From Minisyncoccota bacterium (GTDB lineage: Bacteria > Patescibacteriota > Minisyncoccia > UBA6257 > UBA9933), in the NCBI GenBank assembly GCA_041653755.1, contig JBAZEU010000001.1, positions 65,398 to 129,397 on the forward strand: 64,000 nt of DNA, written 5' to 3'. A model generated the notes under the pieces. The model was not told where the DNA came from and did not search any database. It saw nothing but the letters and a program-made list of their open reading frames with translations. The translations under genes and the position numbers were made by a program. Each line of letters begins with the position of its first letter. Positions within the stretch are counted from its first letter, which is position 1. Below, piece by piece: positions 30,328-40,075 of this stretch.

Positions 30328-31020
30328 ATGAAAATCGGTGGTTTTCAAAAATTTTCTTTGATTGATTATCCGAAAAAATCCTCGGCTATTATTTTTACTC
30401 AAGGATGCAGTTTTCGTTGCGATTATTGTCATAATCCAGAATTGTTAAATCCATTACTTTTCCAAGATTTAATTCCGGAAGAAGAAATTTTGGAATTTCT
30501 TGAAAAAAGAAAAGATAAATTGGATGCGGTGGTAGTAAGCGGCGGAGAACCATTTGTCCAGCCGGATTTGGAAAGTTTTTTGAAAAAAATAAAAGCGCTT
30601 GGCTACTTAATAAAGCTTGATACCAACGGCAGTTTCCCAGATAGGTTGGAAAAAGTGATTGAAGAAAAATTAGTTGATTATATCGCGATGGACATTAAAG
30701 GACCGTTCGAAAAATATCACCAAATCAGCAATTCAAAAATTGATTTAGGAAAAATTAAAAAAAGTATTAAGTTAATAACGAATTCCGGTATTGATTACGA
30801 ATTTAGAACTACTATTGTAAGGTCGCAACTTTCAGAAAATGATTTTGTAAAAATAGGGGAGATGATAAAAGGAGCAAAATTGTATGCTCTCCAAAAATTT
30901 ATTCCTACAAAAACCTTGAACCCGGAATTTTTAAAGGAAGTTTCGTATTCTGATGAAGAGCTTGAAAAGACTAGGCAGAATCTGATAGAATTATTTGGTA
31001 TTAACTGTATTATTCGTTAG
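30328..31020 (+). CDS. radical SAM glycyl-radical-enzyme activase-like protein (NrdG/PflA family)
   Basis: GCSFRCDYCHN Cx3Cx2C cluster motif, VVVSGGEP motif; 230 aa. Confidence 0.65.
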   Translation: MKIGGFQKFSLIDYPKKSSAIIFTQGCSFRCDYCHNPELLNPLLFQDLIPEEEILEFLEKRKDKLDAVVVSGGEPFVQPDLESFLKKIKALGYLIKLDTNGSFPDRLEKVIEEKLVDYIAMDIKGPFEKYHQISNSKIDLGKIKKSIKLITNSGIDYEFRTTIVRSQLSENDFVKIGEMIKGAKLYALQKFIPTKTLNPEFLKEVSYSDEELEKTRQNLIELFGINCIIR

Positions 31021-31022
31021 AG

Positions 31023-32273
31023 ATGAACCGAACAAAATTAACCTATTTATTAATTTTTATCGTTCTTCTAGCTGCGGTTGCGGCGTTTTTTGTTTATCCT
31101 AATGATTCTTTGAGCAAATTCAGGCCTTGGCGTTTAGGATTGGACTTGGTTGGTGGCACGCGTCTGGTTTACGAAATTGATATGAGCCATGTTAAGGATG
31201 CAGATAAGGGCGTAGTTCTATCTGGGCTTCGCGATGTTATTGAAAGAAGGGTAAATCTTTTTGGAGTAAGCGAACCGCAGGTCACAACCGCAAAAAGCAC
31301 TGACCATTACCGTTTGACAGTTGAACTAGCCGGGATTAAAGATGTGAACAGCGCTATTCAAGACGTTGGCGCGACCCCGTTATTGGATTTTCGGGAAGTT
31401 ATTCTTAACGGTGATGATCTGTCAAAAGCAACTTTTACACCGACTGAATTAACTGGTCGTTATATTAAAAACGCTCAAGTAGAGTTTGATTCGACTACTC
31501 AAGAGCCTGGTGTTTCAATTCAGTTTGATACTGAAGGAGCAAAGATTTTTGAACAATTAACCGCGAAGAATGTCGGTAAACCATTAGCGATATTCTTGGA
31601 TAATGTTCCTATCGAAATACCGATGGTTAAAGAAAAAATCAGCGGTGGACAAGCTAGGATTACCGGTAAATTTACGGTGGCAGACGCTACCAAACTTGTA
31701 GAAAGATTTAATGCTGGCGCTTTGGCCGCTCCGATTACTTTAATCAGTCAGGAAACTGTTGGCGCCAGTTTGGGGAACGAATCATTGATTAATACTTTGA
31801 AGGCGGGTTTGTTGGGCACAATTTTGGTTTTAATTTTTATGGGTTTTTATTATCGTCGATTGGGGCTTGGCTGGTTTTCGGGCATAGCGCTTTTAATTTA
31901 TATTCCGTTAACTTTGGCGATATACAAACTTTTAGGCACTACAATGACTTTGGCTGGCATCGGCGGTTTTATTCTTTCAATCGGTATGGCGGTTGATGCT
32001 AATGTTTTGATTTTTGAAGGCGTAAAAGAAGCCACTAAAAGGGGAGTGGGTTACGGAGCGGCTATTGAAGAAGGTTTCAGAAGGGCCTGGTCGCCAATTA
32101 GAGATTCCAATATAAGTACGATGATTACTTGCATTATTTTGTATTACGCGACCACCGGATTCGTTAAAGGATTCGCCTTAACGCTTTTAATCGGTGTTTT
32201 GGTCAGCATGTTTTCCGCCATCGTAATCACAAGAACAATGTTAAGGATATTTATTAAGCATATCAAAACTTAA
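31023..32273 (+). CDS. secD: protein translocase subunit SecD
   Basis: N-terminal TM, periplasmic domain, C-terminal 6-TM block with conserved GxxxD motifs; followed by SecF. Confidence 0.85.
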   Translation: MNRTKLTYLLIFIVLLAAVAAFFVYPNDSLSKFRPWRLGLDLVGGTRLVYEIDMSHVKDADKGVVLSGLRDVIERRVNLFGVSEPQVTTAKSTDHYRLTVELAGIKDVNSAIQDVGATPLLDFREVILNGDDLSKATFTPTELTGRYIKNAQVEFDSTTQEPGVSIQFDTEGAKIFEQLTAKNVGKPLAIFLDNVPIEIPMVKEKISGGQARITGKFTVADATKLVERFNAGALAAPITLISQETVGASLGNESLINTLKAGLLGTILVLIFMGFYYRRLGLGWFSGIALLIYIPLTLAIYKLLGTTMTLAGIGGFILSIGMAVDANVLIFEGVKEATKRGVGYGAAIEEGFRRAWSPIRDSNISTMITCIILYYATTGFVKGFALTLLIGVLVSMFSAIVITRTMLRIFIKHIKT

Positions 32274-32309
32274 TTTTGATATATCAAGCAAGCTTGCTAT
32301 AAATAATGT

Positions 32310-33209
32310 ATGAATTTTAATATTATCGGCAAAAAAAATATATTTCTTATTTTCTCCGGCGTTATCATTCTCTTGAGCTTGGTTTCTCTCTTTGTTTTCG
32401 GTTTAAAACCGGGTATTGATTTTGCCGGAGGCACTCAATGGCAGATAAAAATTGACAATTCAAGCGTGAACGAAAATACAGTCAAGGATTTTCTATCCTC
32501 TAAATTAAATCTCAAAAATTTCGTTGTTTACCCAACCATAGGCAACAGCAGTTTTTTGATAACCCTAGAAAGTATTTCCGAAGCCGATCATCAAAATTAT
32601 TTAACCGCATTTAAAGACAATTTTGGCAATGTTGAAGAATCAAGTTTTGAAAGCGTCGGGCCAATCGTTGGACAAGAATTGGCGCGTAAAGCGATTTGGG
32701 CGGTTATTCTGGCTATTCTTGGAATTTGTTTCTATATCATTTTTGCTTTCAGGAAAACTTCGTATTTAGTTCCTTCTTTTAAATATGGTTTTGTTGTGTT
32801 GGCATGTCTTCTTCATGACGTAATTGTTCCGTTGGGCTTTCTGGTTTATTTAGGGCATTTTCAGGGAGTCGATTTCAATATTACTTTTGTCGTGGCGTTG
32901 CTGACAATTATGGGTTATTCGGTTCATGACACGATTGTGGTTTTCGACAGAGTCAGATCGAACCTATTGGTTTCCCGCGGTAAGGTGGATTTTCCAAAAT
33001 TGGTTAATGAAAGCGTTAATCAGGTGATGGCAAGATCAATTAATACTTCGGTTACGGTTTTATTCACTTTATTGGCATTATTCTTTATCGGTCCACTTTC
33101 TTTGAAATATTTCTCGCTGGTTTTAACTGTCGGTATAATTTTCGGAACTTATTCTTCTATTTTTGTAGCTGCTCCTCTATTGGTGCTTTGGCAGAAAAGA
33201 TCAAACTAG
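32310..33209 (+). CDS. secF: protein translocase subunit SecF
   Basis: PGIDFAGGT motif, 6-TM SecF topology. Confidence 0.85.
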   Translation: MNFNIIGKKNIFLIFSGVIILLSLVSLFVFGLKPGIDFAGGTQWQIKIDNSSVNENTVKDFLSSKLNLKNFVVYPTIGNSSFLITLESISEADHQNYLTAFKDNFGNVEESSFESVGPIVGQELARKAIWAVILAILGICFYIIFAFRKTSYLVPSFKYGFVVLACLLHDVIVPLGFLVYLGHFQGVDFNITFVVALLTIMGYSVHDTIVVFDRVRSNLLVSRGKVDFPKLVNESVNQVMARSINTSVTVLFTLLALFFIGPLSLKYFSLVLTVGIIFGTYSSIFVAAPLLVLWQKRSN

Positions 33210-33236
33210 GATATAACTTAAGAAGGTAATTTGTAG

Positions 33237-34313
33237 TTGACAAGCCAATTGAAAACTGATAAACTACTAATAATGATTAAGCCATTGAAAGAAATAATCA
33301 GCGGTTTGTTAAAGGACTTAAGCCCTCGTCAAAGAGAAATTATTGAGGGTCGTTTTGGTTTGAAAGGGCATAAAACTACCTTGGCGGCTTTAGGCAATAA
33401 ACATGGATTAACCCGTGAAAGAGTCAGGCAGATAGAAAAAGATGCTCTTGGTTTGGTGCGTAAACAAATCTCACAGGAAAAAGAATTAGAAAAGATTTCT
33501 CGAGCAGTCAATTCTTTTATAAAAAACCTTGGAGGAGTTCGCCGAGAAGATATTTTTGTTACCGACTTCAGGGGATTGGTGAACGATAACAATGTTACCG
33601 CCGATCAAATCAGCTTTTTATTTGAAGCGTTAGGAACTCCTGAATATCACATGGAAGATAATAACTTCTATGGTTTTTGGTATTCGGATAAGCCAACCCT
33701 AAAGAAAGCAACCGGCCTTTCTGGCAAGTTTGAAACTATGATTGCTAAAAAGAAGGAGGATTTAATTACTAAAAGAAATTTGAACCTATTCATTGAGAAA
33801 ATTACCAAGCCGTTAAAAATCAGCGACTTTGTTTTTTCCAATTATCTTTCTATTTCTAAAAAATTCGATGTTAATCCTTACGGCGACTTCGGCTTGATTT
33901 CTTGGGAAGAAATTTTGCCGAAAACCATCAGAGCCAAGGCCTATTTAGTTGCCAAAAAATCCGGCCAGCCGCTCCACTTTAAAAAAATCGCCGAATTGAT
34001 CAACGATATGAATTTCGATAAGAGAAAAGCTCATTATCAGACAGTTCACAATGAATTAATTAAAGATCCTCGATTTGTTTTGGTTGGTAGGGGAATGTAT
34101 GGTTTGACTGAATTTGGCTACGAGCATGGCACCGCAAAAGATGTTATTGCAAGCACTTTGAAGAAATATGGCCCATTAACCTCCAAAAAAATCATTGATT
34201 TGGTCTGCAAGCAGCGGCTTTTGAAAGAAAACACAATTACAATCAATTTGAATAATAAACGATATTTCCGTAAACTAAAGGATGGCCGTTTTCATTTAGT
34301 AGAAAAGGCCTAA
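33237..34313 (+). CDS. sigma-70 region-4-like HTH protein with large unknown C-terminal domain
   Basis: LSPRQREIIEGRFGL...TLAALGNKHGLTRERVRQIEKDAL matches sigma factor region 4; remaining ~270 aa unassigned. Confidence 0.5.
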   Translation: MTSQLKTDKLLIMIKPLKEIISGLLKDLSPRQREIIEGRFGLKGHKTTLAALGNKHGLTRERVRQIEKDALGLVRKQISQEKELEKISRAVNSFIKNLGGVRREDIFVTDFRGLVNDNNVTADQISFLFEALGTPEYHMEDNNFYGFWYSDKPTLKKATGLSGKFETMIAKKKEDLITKRNLNLFIEKITKPLKISDFVFSNYLSISKKFDVNPYGDFGLISWEEILPKTIRAKAYLVAKKSGQPLHFKKIAELINDMNFDKRKAHYQTVHNELIKDPRFVLVGRGMYGLTEFGYEHGTAKDVIASTLKKYGPLTSKKIIDLVCKQRLLKENTITINLNNKRYFRKLKDGRFHLVEKA

Positions 34314-34320
34314 ACCTACT

Positions 34321-35628
34321 ATGTTTTTTACAGAAAATTTACTTACGCTCCTTTTCGGGGTTATTGTTAAAATACTTTCTTTAACGTGGTGGTTCGTTTT
34401 GCCCATTGTTCTTTTCTATTTTTTCTGGAAAAGTTGGCTGGTCTTTATTAAATGGAAGTATGTTCAAAAATTCACATGGGCAACATTGGAAATCAAGATT
34501 CCTAAGGAGGTTTTGAAAACCCCAAAAGCGATGGAGCAAATTTTTTCCCAAATTTACGGTGGAATCTATTCTTACGGTTTCAAGCCCATAGAAAAATATT
34601 GGGATGGAAAAGTGGAAAAATGGCTGTCATTTGAGATAGTCGGACGAGCAGGCAGTATCAATTTTTTTATCTATACTCCGTCGGGTTCTAAGAATTTAGT
34701 GAAATCTTCTATCTACAGCCAATATCCGGATGCTGAAGTTAGCGAGGTAGAGGATTATATGGAAGAATTTCCAGAAATTTTACCGAACCAAACATATGAT
34801 TTGTGGGGCGCGGAGTTTAAATTAGCTAAAGATGCTCCCTACCCGATTAGAGTTTATTCTTATTTTGAAGAAAATCAGGAAGAAAAGAGGATTGATCCTC
34901 TGTCTGCTGTTTTTGAGGCCATGTCTCAGCTTCAAGCTGGTGAAACGATTGTTTTACAATTTTTAGTTGCTCCGACCGGAAAAAGCACGGATGATGGCTG
35001 GATTAAAGAGGGTCAAGAAATTATTGAAAAAATTGCCGATAAAGCAAAAGCGAAAAAAGGTACTCCTAACGCCGCAGCAGAATTTTTAAGAAATTTCGTT
35101 GTGGCGCCAGCTGAATTGCCTGTGTGGGGCGGAGTGAAGTCAGAAAGTAAGGATAGTTTCCCAAAGTTTCTCCGTCCAGACGAGCAGGAAGTAATAAAAG
35201 CGGTTTCCAATAAAATGTCCAAAACAGCTTTTCGGTCAGTTATCCGTTTTGTTTTTATTGATAGGAAAGATAGTTTTTCTCCGGCTAACATCGCAGCGGT
35301 AACAGGAGCTTTCAATCAGTTTAGCACTGAAAATCTGAACACATTTAAACTTACCAGAAAAACTTCGGTTTCTAATTCGTTTTTGATGAGAATTTTCCCC
35401 GATTGGAAAAAGAAGAAGATTTTTATCAAAAAAAGAGAGATATATAAGGATTGCCGAGAAAGAAATATATCGGATGATTTTAATATGGAGAAATTATCTT
35501 TGCTTAATGTCGAAGAGCTGGCTACTGTTTATCACTATCCGATTACCGCAACTGCTTTTGAAGCGCCGACTCTTAAAAGGGTGGGAGCGAAAACCGGCGG
35601 TCCGCCGTCAGAATTGCCGATTGAATAA
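34321..35628 (+). CDS. hypothetical membrane protein (N-terminal 2 TM, large soluble domain)
   Basis: hydrophobic N-terminus; immediately upstream of TraD-like ATPase. Confidence 0.45.
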   Translation: MFFTENLLTLLFGVIVKILSLTWWFVLPIVLFYFFWKSWLVFIKWKYVQKFTWATLEIKIPKEVLKTPKAMEQIFSQIYGGIYSYGFKPIEKYWDGKVEKWLSFEIVGRAGSINFFIYTPSGSKNLVKSSIYSQYPDAEVSEVEDYMEEFPEILPNQTYDLWGAEFKLAKDAPYPIRVYSYFEENQEEKRIDPLSAVFEAMSQLQAGETIVLQFLVAPTGKSTDDGWIKEGQEIIEKIADKAKAKKGTPNAAAEFLRNFVVAPAELPVWGGVKSESKDSFPKFLRPDEQEVIKAVSNKMSKTAFRSVIRFVFIDRKDSFSPANIAAVTGAFNQFSTENLNTFKLTRKTSVSNSFLMRIFPDWKKKKIFIKKREIYKDCRERNISDDFNMEKLSLLNVEELATVYHYPITATAFEAPTLKRVGAKTGGPPSELPIE

Positions 35629-35669
35629 GAACCTTAGGCGAGTGTTTAATATTGTGGTAAAATTTACTT

Positions 35670-37169
35670 ATGGATGAAATTACTTTTTTTGCGGAAACCA
35701 CTTTCCGCGGTGAAAATAAAAAATTTGGAATAAAAACCGACGATCGTCGCAGGCATACATATATTATCGGAAAGACCGGTACGGGGAAAACCACTCTGTT
35801 AGAGAACATGGTTGTTTCCGATATTTTGGCCGGCCGAGGGGTAGGAGTGGTTGATCCGCACGGCGAGTTTGCCGAAAATATTTTAGATTTTGTTCCGGAA
35901 AACCGAATAGACGACGTTATTTATTTTAATCCTGCCGACATTAATCACCCAATACCTTTTAATCCTTTAGAAAAAGTTGATTTAGAATTTCGCCATTTGG
36001 TTGCGTCCGGGATGATGGGAGTTTTCAAGAAAATCTGGCCTGATGTCTGGTCAGCTCGTATGGAATATATTTTAAATAATTCTTTATTGGCGCTATTGGA
36101 ATATCCCGGTTCTACTTTATTAAGCATCATGCGGATTTTATCCGATAAAAGCTACCGCCAGAAAGTGGTTAGTAATTTGCAAGACCCTGTAGTTAAATCA
36201 TTTTGGACAAACGAATTTGCCCGTTATACCCAGCGGTTAGAAACGGAAGCTGTGGCAGCCATTCAGAACAAAGTTGGTCAATTTGTTTCTAACCCTTTAA
36301 TCAGAAATATTGTCGGTCAGACGAGTTCGGCCATTGATATGAGAAAAGTGATGGATGAAGGAAAGATATTAATTATTAATTTGTCGAAAGGAAAAGTCGG
36401 CGAAGACAATTCGGCCCTTCTAGGAGCTATGATGATCACGAAGCTTCAATTGGCGGCAATGTCACGAACCGACATCGCAGCGGAAAAAAGAAGAGATTTT
36501 TATCTTTATGTCGACGAGTTCCAAAATTTTTCCACAGAATCATTCGCCACTATTTTATCCGAAGCGAGAAAATACAAACTTGATTTGATTTTGGCCCATC
36601 AATACCTTGAGCAGCTTGATGAGAAAGTAAGATCAGCGGTTTTCGGGAATGTTGGCACAATAGTCTGTTTTAGGATTGGCGCCGAAGACGCTGAAATGTT
36701 TGAGAAAGAATTTTCTCCAGAATTTATGGCTAATGACTTAGTCAATTTAACCAAGTATAATATTTATATTAAATTAATGATTGATGGTGTGGCTTCGAGA
36801 GCTTTCTCCGCTAAAACCTTGTCGCCATACGTGCAGCCCAACCAATCATTTAAAGATGTTATTATAGAAAATTCTCGCAGCCGTTTTGGTACACCCAGAG
36901 AAAAAGTTGAAGAAAGGATTAATATTGAATTACAGTCCACTTCGGAAATTATGGATGAAAGAATCAGCCGGCGCGACGAACAATCTCTTAATCGGGTTTT
37001 AACAAGCGAACCGCAAAACACGGCAAGATTTGCAAGAACGGAAAACAAGCCTGTTTTTAAACCTAAAAAAGAGGTTAATATTGAAGAATTAAAGGGCGCG
37101 CTTGAACAATCGCTTGATAAGATAACTGAAGAGGGGAAAACAGGGCAAAATCAACCGCCACAGAATTAA
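35670..37169 (+). CDS. P-loop ATPase of the TraD/VirD4/HerA (DUF87-type) superfamily, soluble
   Basis: Walker A IIGKTGTGKTT, Walker B YLYVDEFQNF, LAHQY sensor; no TM segments. Confidence 0.55.
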   Translation: MDEITFFAETTFRGENKKFGIKTDDRRRHTYIIGKTGTGKTTLLENMVVSDILAGRGVGVVDPHGEFAENILDFVPENRIDDVIYFNPADINHPIPFNPLEKVDLEFRHLVASGMMGVFKKIWPDVWSARMEYILNNSLLALLEYPGSTLLSIMRILSDKSYRQKVVSNLQDPVVKSFWTNEFARYTQRLETEAVAAIQNKVGQFVSNPLIRNIVGQTSSAIDMRKVMDEGKILIINLSKGKVGEDNSALLGAMMITKLQLAAMSRTDIAAEKRRDFYLYVDEFQNFSTESFATILSEARKYKLDLILAHQYLEQLDEKVRSAVFGNVGTIVCFRIGAEDAEMFEKEFSPEFMANDLVNLTKYNIYIKLMIDGVASRAFSAKTLSPYVQPNQSFKDVIIENSRSRFGTPREKVEERINIELQSTSEIMDERISRRDEQSLNRVLTSEPQNTARFARTENKPVFKPKKEVNIEELKGALEQSLDKITEEGKTGQNQPPQN

Positions 37170-37177
37170 CTAAATTA

Positions 37178-37747
37178 ATGCTTTCTTACACCGATTTAAC
37201 AAAAGGAGTTCTATTTATCATGGATGATGAACCATGGGAGGTTTTGGAGGTTCATTTTTTGCGTATGCAGCAAAGAAAGGCGGTAGTTCAGACCAAGATT
37301 AAGAACCTGATAAATGGCAAGGTTTTGGATAGGAATTTCCAGCCTTCCGATTCGTTTGAAGAAGCTGAAATCGAAAGAATGAAGGCGAGATTTTTGTATG
37401 AGAACCGTGATGTCTTTTGGTTCGATGAAGTCGGAAATCCGAAAAATCGTTTTTCTTTTTCAAGAAATGATTTGGGCGATAAGGCCGACTTCTTGAAGCC
37501 GAATATAGAGATTTCGGCAGTTCAATTTAATGAAAAATTTATAGGCGTTGAATTACCGGTAAAAATCGATTACAAGGTTATCGAGACGCCTCCGAGTATT
37601 CGTGGAAATACTGTGTCCGGGGGGACCAAGGTAGCGGTCATTGAAAGCGGCGCGAAAATTAATGTCCCGTTGTTTGTTGAAGAAGGGGATATTATCAGAG
37701 TAAACACGCAAACAGAAACTTACGAAAAGCGGGTGGATAAGGAATAA
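37178..37747 (+). CDS. efp: elongation factor P
   Basis: three-domain EF-P, 189 aa, KOW-like N-terminus. Confidence 0.8.
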   Translation: MLSYTDLTKGVLFIMDDEPWEVLEVHFLRMQQRKAVVQTKIKNLINGKVLDRNFQPSDSFEEAEIERMKARFLYENRDVFWFDEVGNPKNRFSFSRNDLGDKADFLKPNIEISAVQFNEKFIGVELPVKIDYKVIETPPSIRGNTVSGGTKVAVIESGAKINVPLFVEEGDIIRVNTQTETYEKRVDKE

Positions 37748-39201
37748 TGCGGTTATACGATATTTTTTTCTTCGCCGCTGTATTTTTTCTCATCGGTATT
37801 TTTCTAGCCAGTTTCGGCTTGAGTTTTTCTATTATTGTTATCGCTACTTTCTTTTCGGTAGCGATTTTTTTGTTTCTTGGCTATTTTAAAAAGAATAATA
37901 GGCGTATTTGGGTTGCTGGGTTGTTGATTTTTGTTATCATCGGATCTTTTTATTATTTATGGGACGATAAGAAATTCCAGAAAACTAATTTAATATTTGA
38001 TCAAAAAACAAGTTTTTCAGGCGTAGTCGTTGCTGTCGATAGAGGCGCGTCTCAAAAAGTAACCGTTAATCTTCAGGGCCCGCAAAAAGGATTGATGTTA
38101 ATCATGGCTAAGTCATATCCAAGTTTTAATTACGGTGATTTAATTAGTTTCGAAGGAGTCGCTAAAAAAACAGATGATTCTTCTTACGGTAATTATCTTA
38201 GAAAAAATAGAATCATTGGCGCTACGGATTATCCTCAAATCACTTTAATAAAAAGTGATCAAGGCAATCTCATAAAAGCCAAGCTTTTAGTTTTCAAAGA
38301 CAAAACTATCGAAGTTTTCCAAAGAATCCTTCCTTCTGAAAAAGCCGCTTTTTTGTCAGGTCTCACTTTAGGCGAAAAAGGGGAGTTTTCTAAAACATTT
38401 AAAGACGTGATGTCTAAAAGTGGGACGACTCATTTGGTCGCTTTATCCGGCTACAACATCTCTATTATTATCACGCTGATTTTTGGTATCTTTCTTTTCT
38501 CTTTCAACATCGGAAAAAGATGGGCATTTGTTTTTAGCGTCATTTTTGTTCTTCTGTTTGTGATGATGACTGGCGGCGAGGCATCAGTAGTAAGAGCGGC
38601 GGTTATGGGCATTATCGCGCTTTTGGCTAAAGAAGTCGGTCGAATTCATAGCTTCAGAAATGCCATAATCTTTGCCGCATTTTTGATGATTTTAGGGAAC
38701 CCAAAGTTATTAACTTTTGACGTTGGCTTTCAGCTTTCTTTTCTGGCGGTTATCGGCTTGGTTTATCTATCCCCAATCATTAAAAATTTGCTTCATTTTA
38801 AGGAAGAAAGTGCGTTCGATTGGCAGGATAATTTTTCATCAACCTTGTCCGCTCAAATAATGGTTGCTCCGCTTTTGATTTCTTATTTTTCCAATTTTTC
38901 TTTTATTTCATTGATAGCCAATCTTCTGATTTTAAGCGTCATTCCGTTGACGATGGCTTTAGGATTTTTAGGAGCGTTGGTCGGTTTTATTTTCTTCCCT
39001 TTGGCAATAATTTTTGGCTGGTTTTTAAATATTTTCTTGTCTTACGAAGTTTTCCTGATAAAGTTTTTCGGAAATATGAATTTTTTTAATATTTCTTCTA
39101 TAAGTTTTTCTCTAGCCGTTATCTATTATGTGATATTGGTGGCTTTCATGATTTTTTATGGGAAAAAATTAAGGGAACAGAAAGTATATGTCCAAGAATA
39201 G
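37747..39201 (+). CDS. comEC: ComEC/Rec2 DNA-uptake channel, membrane domain
   Basis: polytopic membrane protein with competence-domain motifs (HLVALSGYNISII); 484 aa. Confidence 0.75.
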   Translation: MRLYDIFFFAAVFFLIGIFLASFGLSFSIIVIATFFSVAIFLFLGYFKKNNRRIWVAGLLIFVIIGSFYYLWDDKKFQKTNLIFDQKTSFSGVVVAVDRGASQKVTVNLQGPQKGLMLIMAKSYPSFNYGDLISFEGVAKKTDDSSYGNYLRKNRIIGATDYPQITLIKSDQGNLIKAKLLVFKDKTIEVFQRILPSEKAAFLSGLTLGEKGEFSKTFKDVMSKSGTTHLVALSGYNISIIITLIFGIFLFSFNIGKRWAFVFSVIFVLLFVMMTGGEASVVRAAVMGIIALLAKEVGRIHSFRNAIIFAAFLMILGNPKLLTFDVGFQLSFLAVIGLVYLSPIIKNLLHFKEESAFDWQDNFSSTLSAQIMVAPLLISYFSNFSFISLIANLLILSVIPLTMALGFLGALVGFIFFPLAIIFGWFLNIFLSYEVFLIKFFGNMNFFNISSISFSLAVIYYVILVAFMIFYGKKLREQKVYVQE

Positions 39202-40048
39202 CACTGTTCTACTTGTAATATTTTTGGCGGTTTTCGATGCTTTTGTCTGGTGGCAGATTATTTTTAACGCGCCGCAGAAAGATAAAAGCGATATTTATTT
39301 TTTGAATGTCGGACAGGGAGATGGTGAATTAGCGGTTTTAGACGGTAATATCAAGGTTTTAATTGATGGCGGCCCAAATAACTCTGTACCCGGCGAACTA
39401 GACAAGGGTTTGCGGTCAACAGACCGTTATATTGATTTGGTGGTTTTATCTCATCCGCAAACAGATCATTTTATGGGCTTGGTAGATGTTTTCAAAAGAT
39501 ATAATGTCGGCGCTTTTATTTTCAGCGGCCGTGAAACAGAAAATGCATCGTTTAAAGAATTAGAAAACATCATAAAACGAAGAAATGTTCAGGTTGTAAT
39601 CCTAGAAGAAGGGGATAGGATTAAACACCTACAAGAAGAATTTGTTGTTCTTGCGCCGGATAAGAATTCTTTAGAAAGTTCAAATGTGAACGATACAACC
39701 TTAGTTTTACAACTAATAAGCCAAAAATTAAAAATTTTATTTACCGGCGATGCCGAAGGCAATATCGAGAAAGACTTGGTCGCCAAATACGGAAATAATT
39801 TAAGAAGCGATATTCTGAAAGTGGCTCATCACGGTTCAAAATATTCTTCGTCAGATGATTTTCTAAGAATTATTGACCCTAAAATATCCGTGATTGAAGT
39901 TGGCAAGAATTCTTACGGGCATCCAACGCCGGAAACACTAAGTCGTTTGGCTAATGTCGGCTCACAAATTTTTACCACCCTTCAAAATGGAACAGTCAGG
40001 GTAACCTTAAAAGACGGAAAAGTATACGTTTTTGTGCGAAAGAAATGA
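39188..40048 (+). CDS. MBL-fold metallo-hydrolase (ComEC C-terminal lactamase-like domain as separate gene)
   Basis: overlaps comEC by 14 nt; HxHxDH-type motif SHPQTDHF; VAHHGS. Confidence 0.75.
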   Translation: MSKNSTVLLVIFLAVFDAFVWWQIIFNAPQKDKSDIYFLNVGQGDGELAVLDGNIKVLIDGGPNNSVPGELDKGLRSTDRYIDLVVLSHPQTDHFMGLVDVFKRYNVGAFIFSGRETENASFKELENIIKRRNVQVVILEEGDRIKHLQEEFVVLAPDKNSLESSNVNDTTLVLQLISQKLKILFTGDAEGNIEKDLVAKYGNNLRSDILKVAHHGSKYSSSDDFLRIIDPKISVIEVGKNSYGHPTPETLSRLANVGSQIFTTLQNGTVRVTLKDGKVYVFVRKK

Positions 40049-40075
40049 TTGCTTGGGTAAGATAGATTTGGTATA

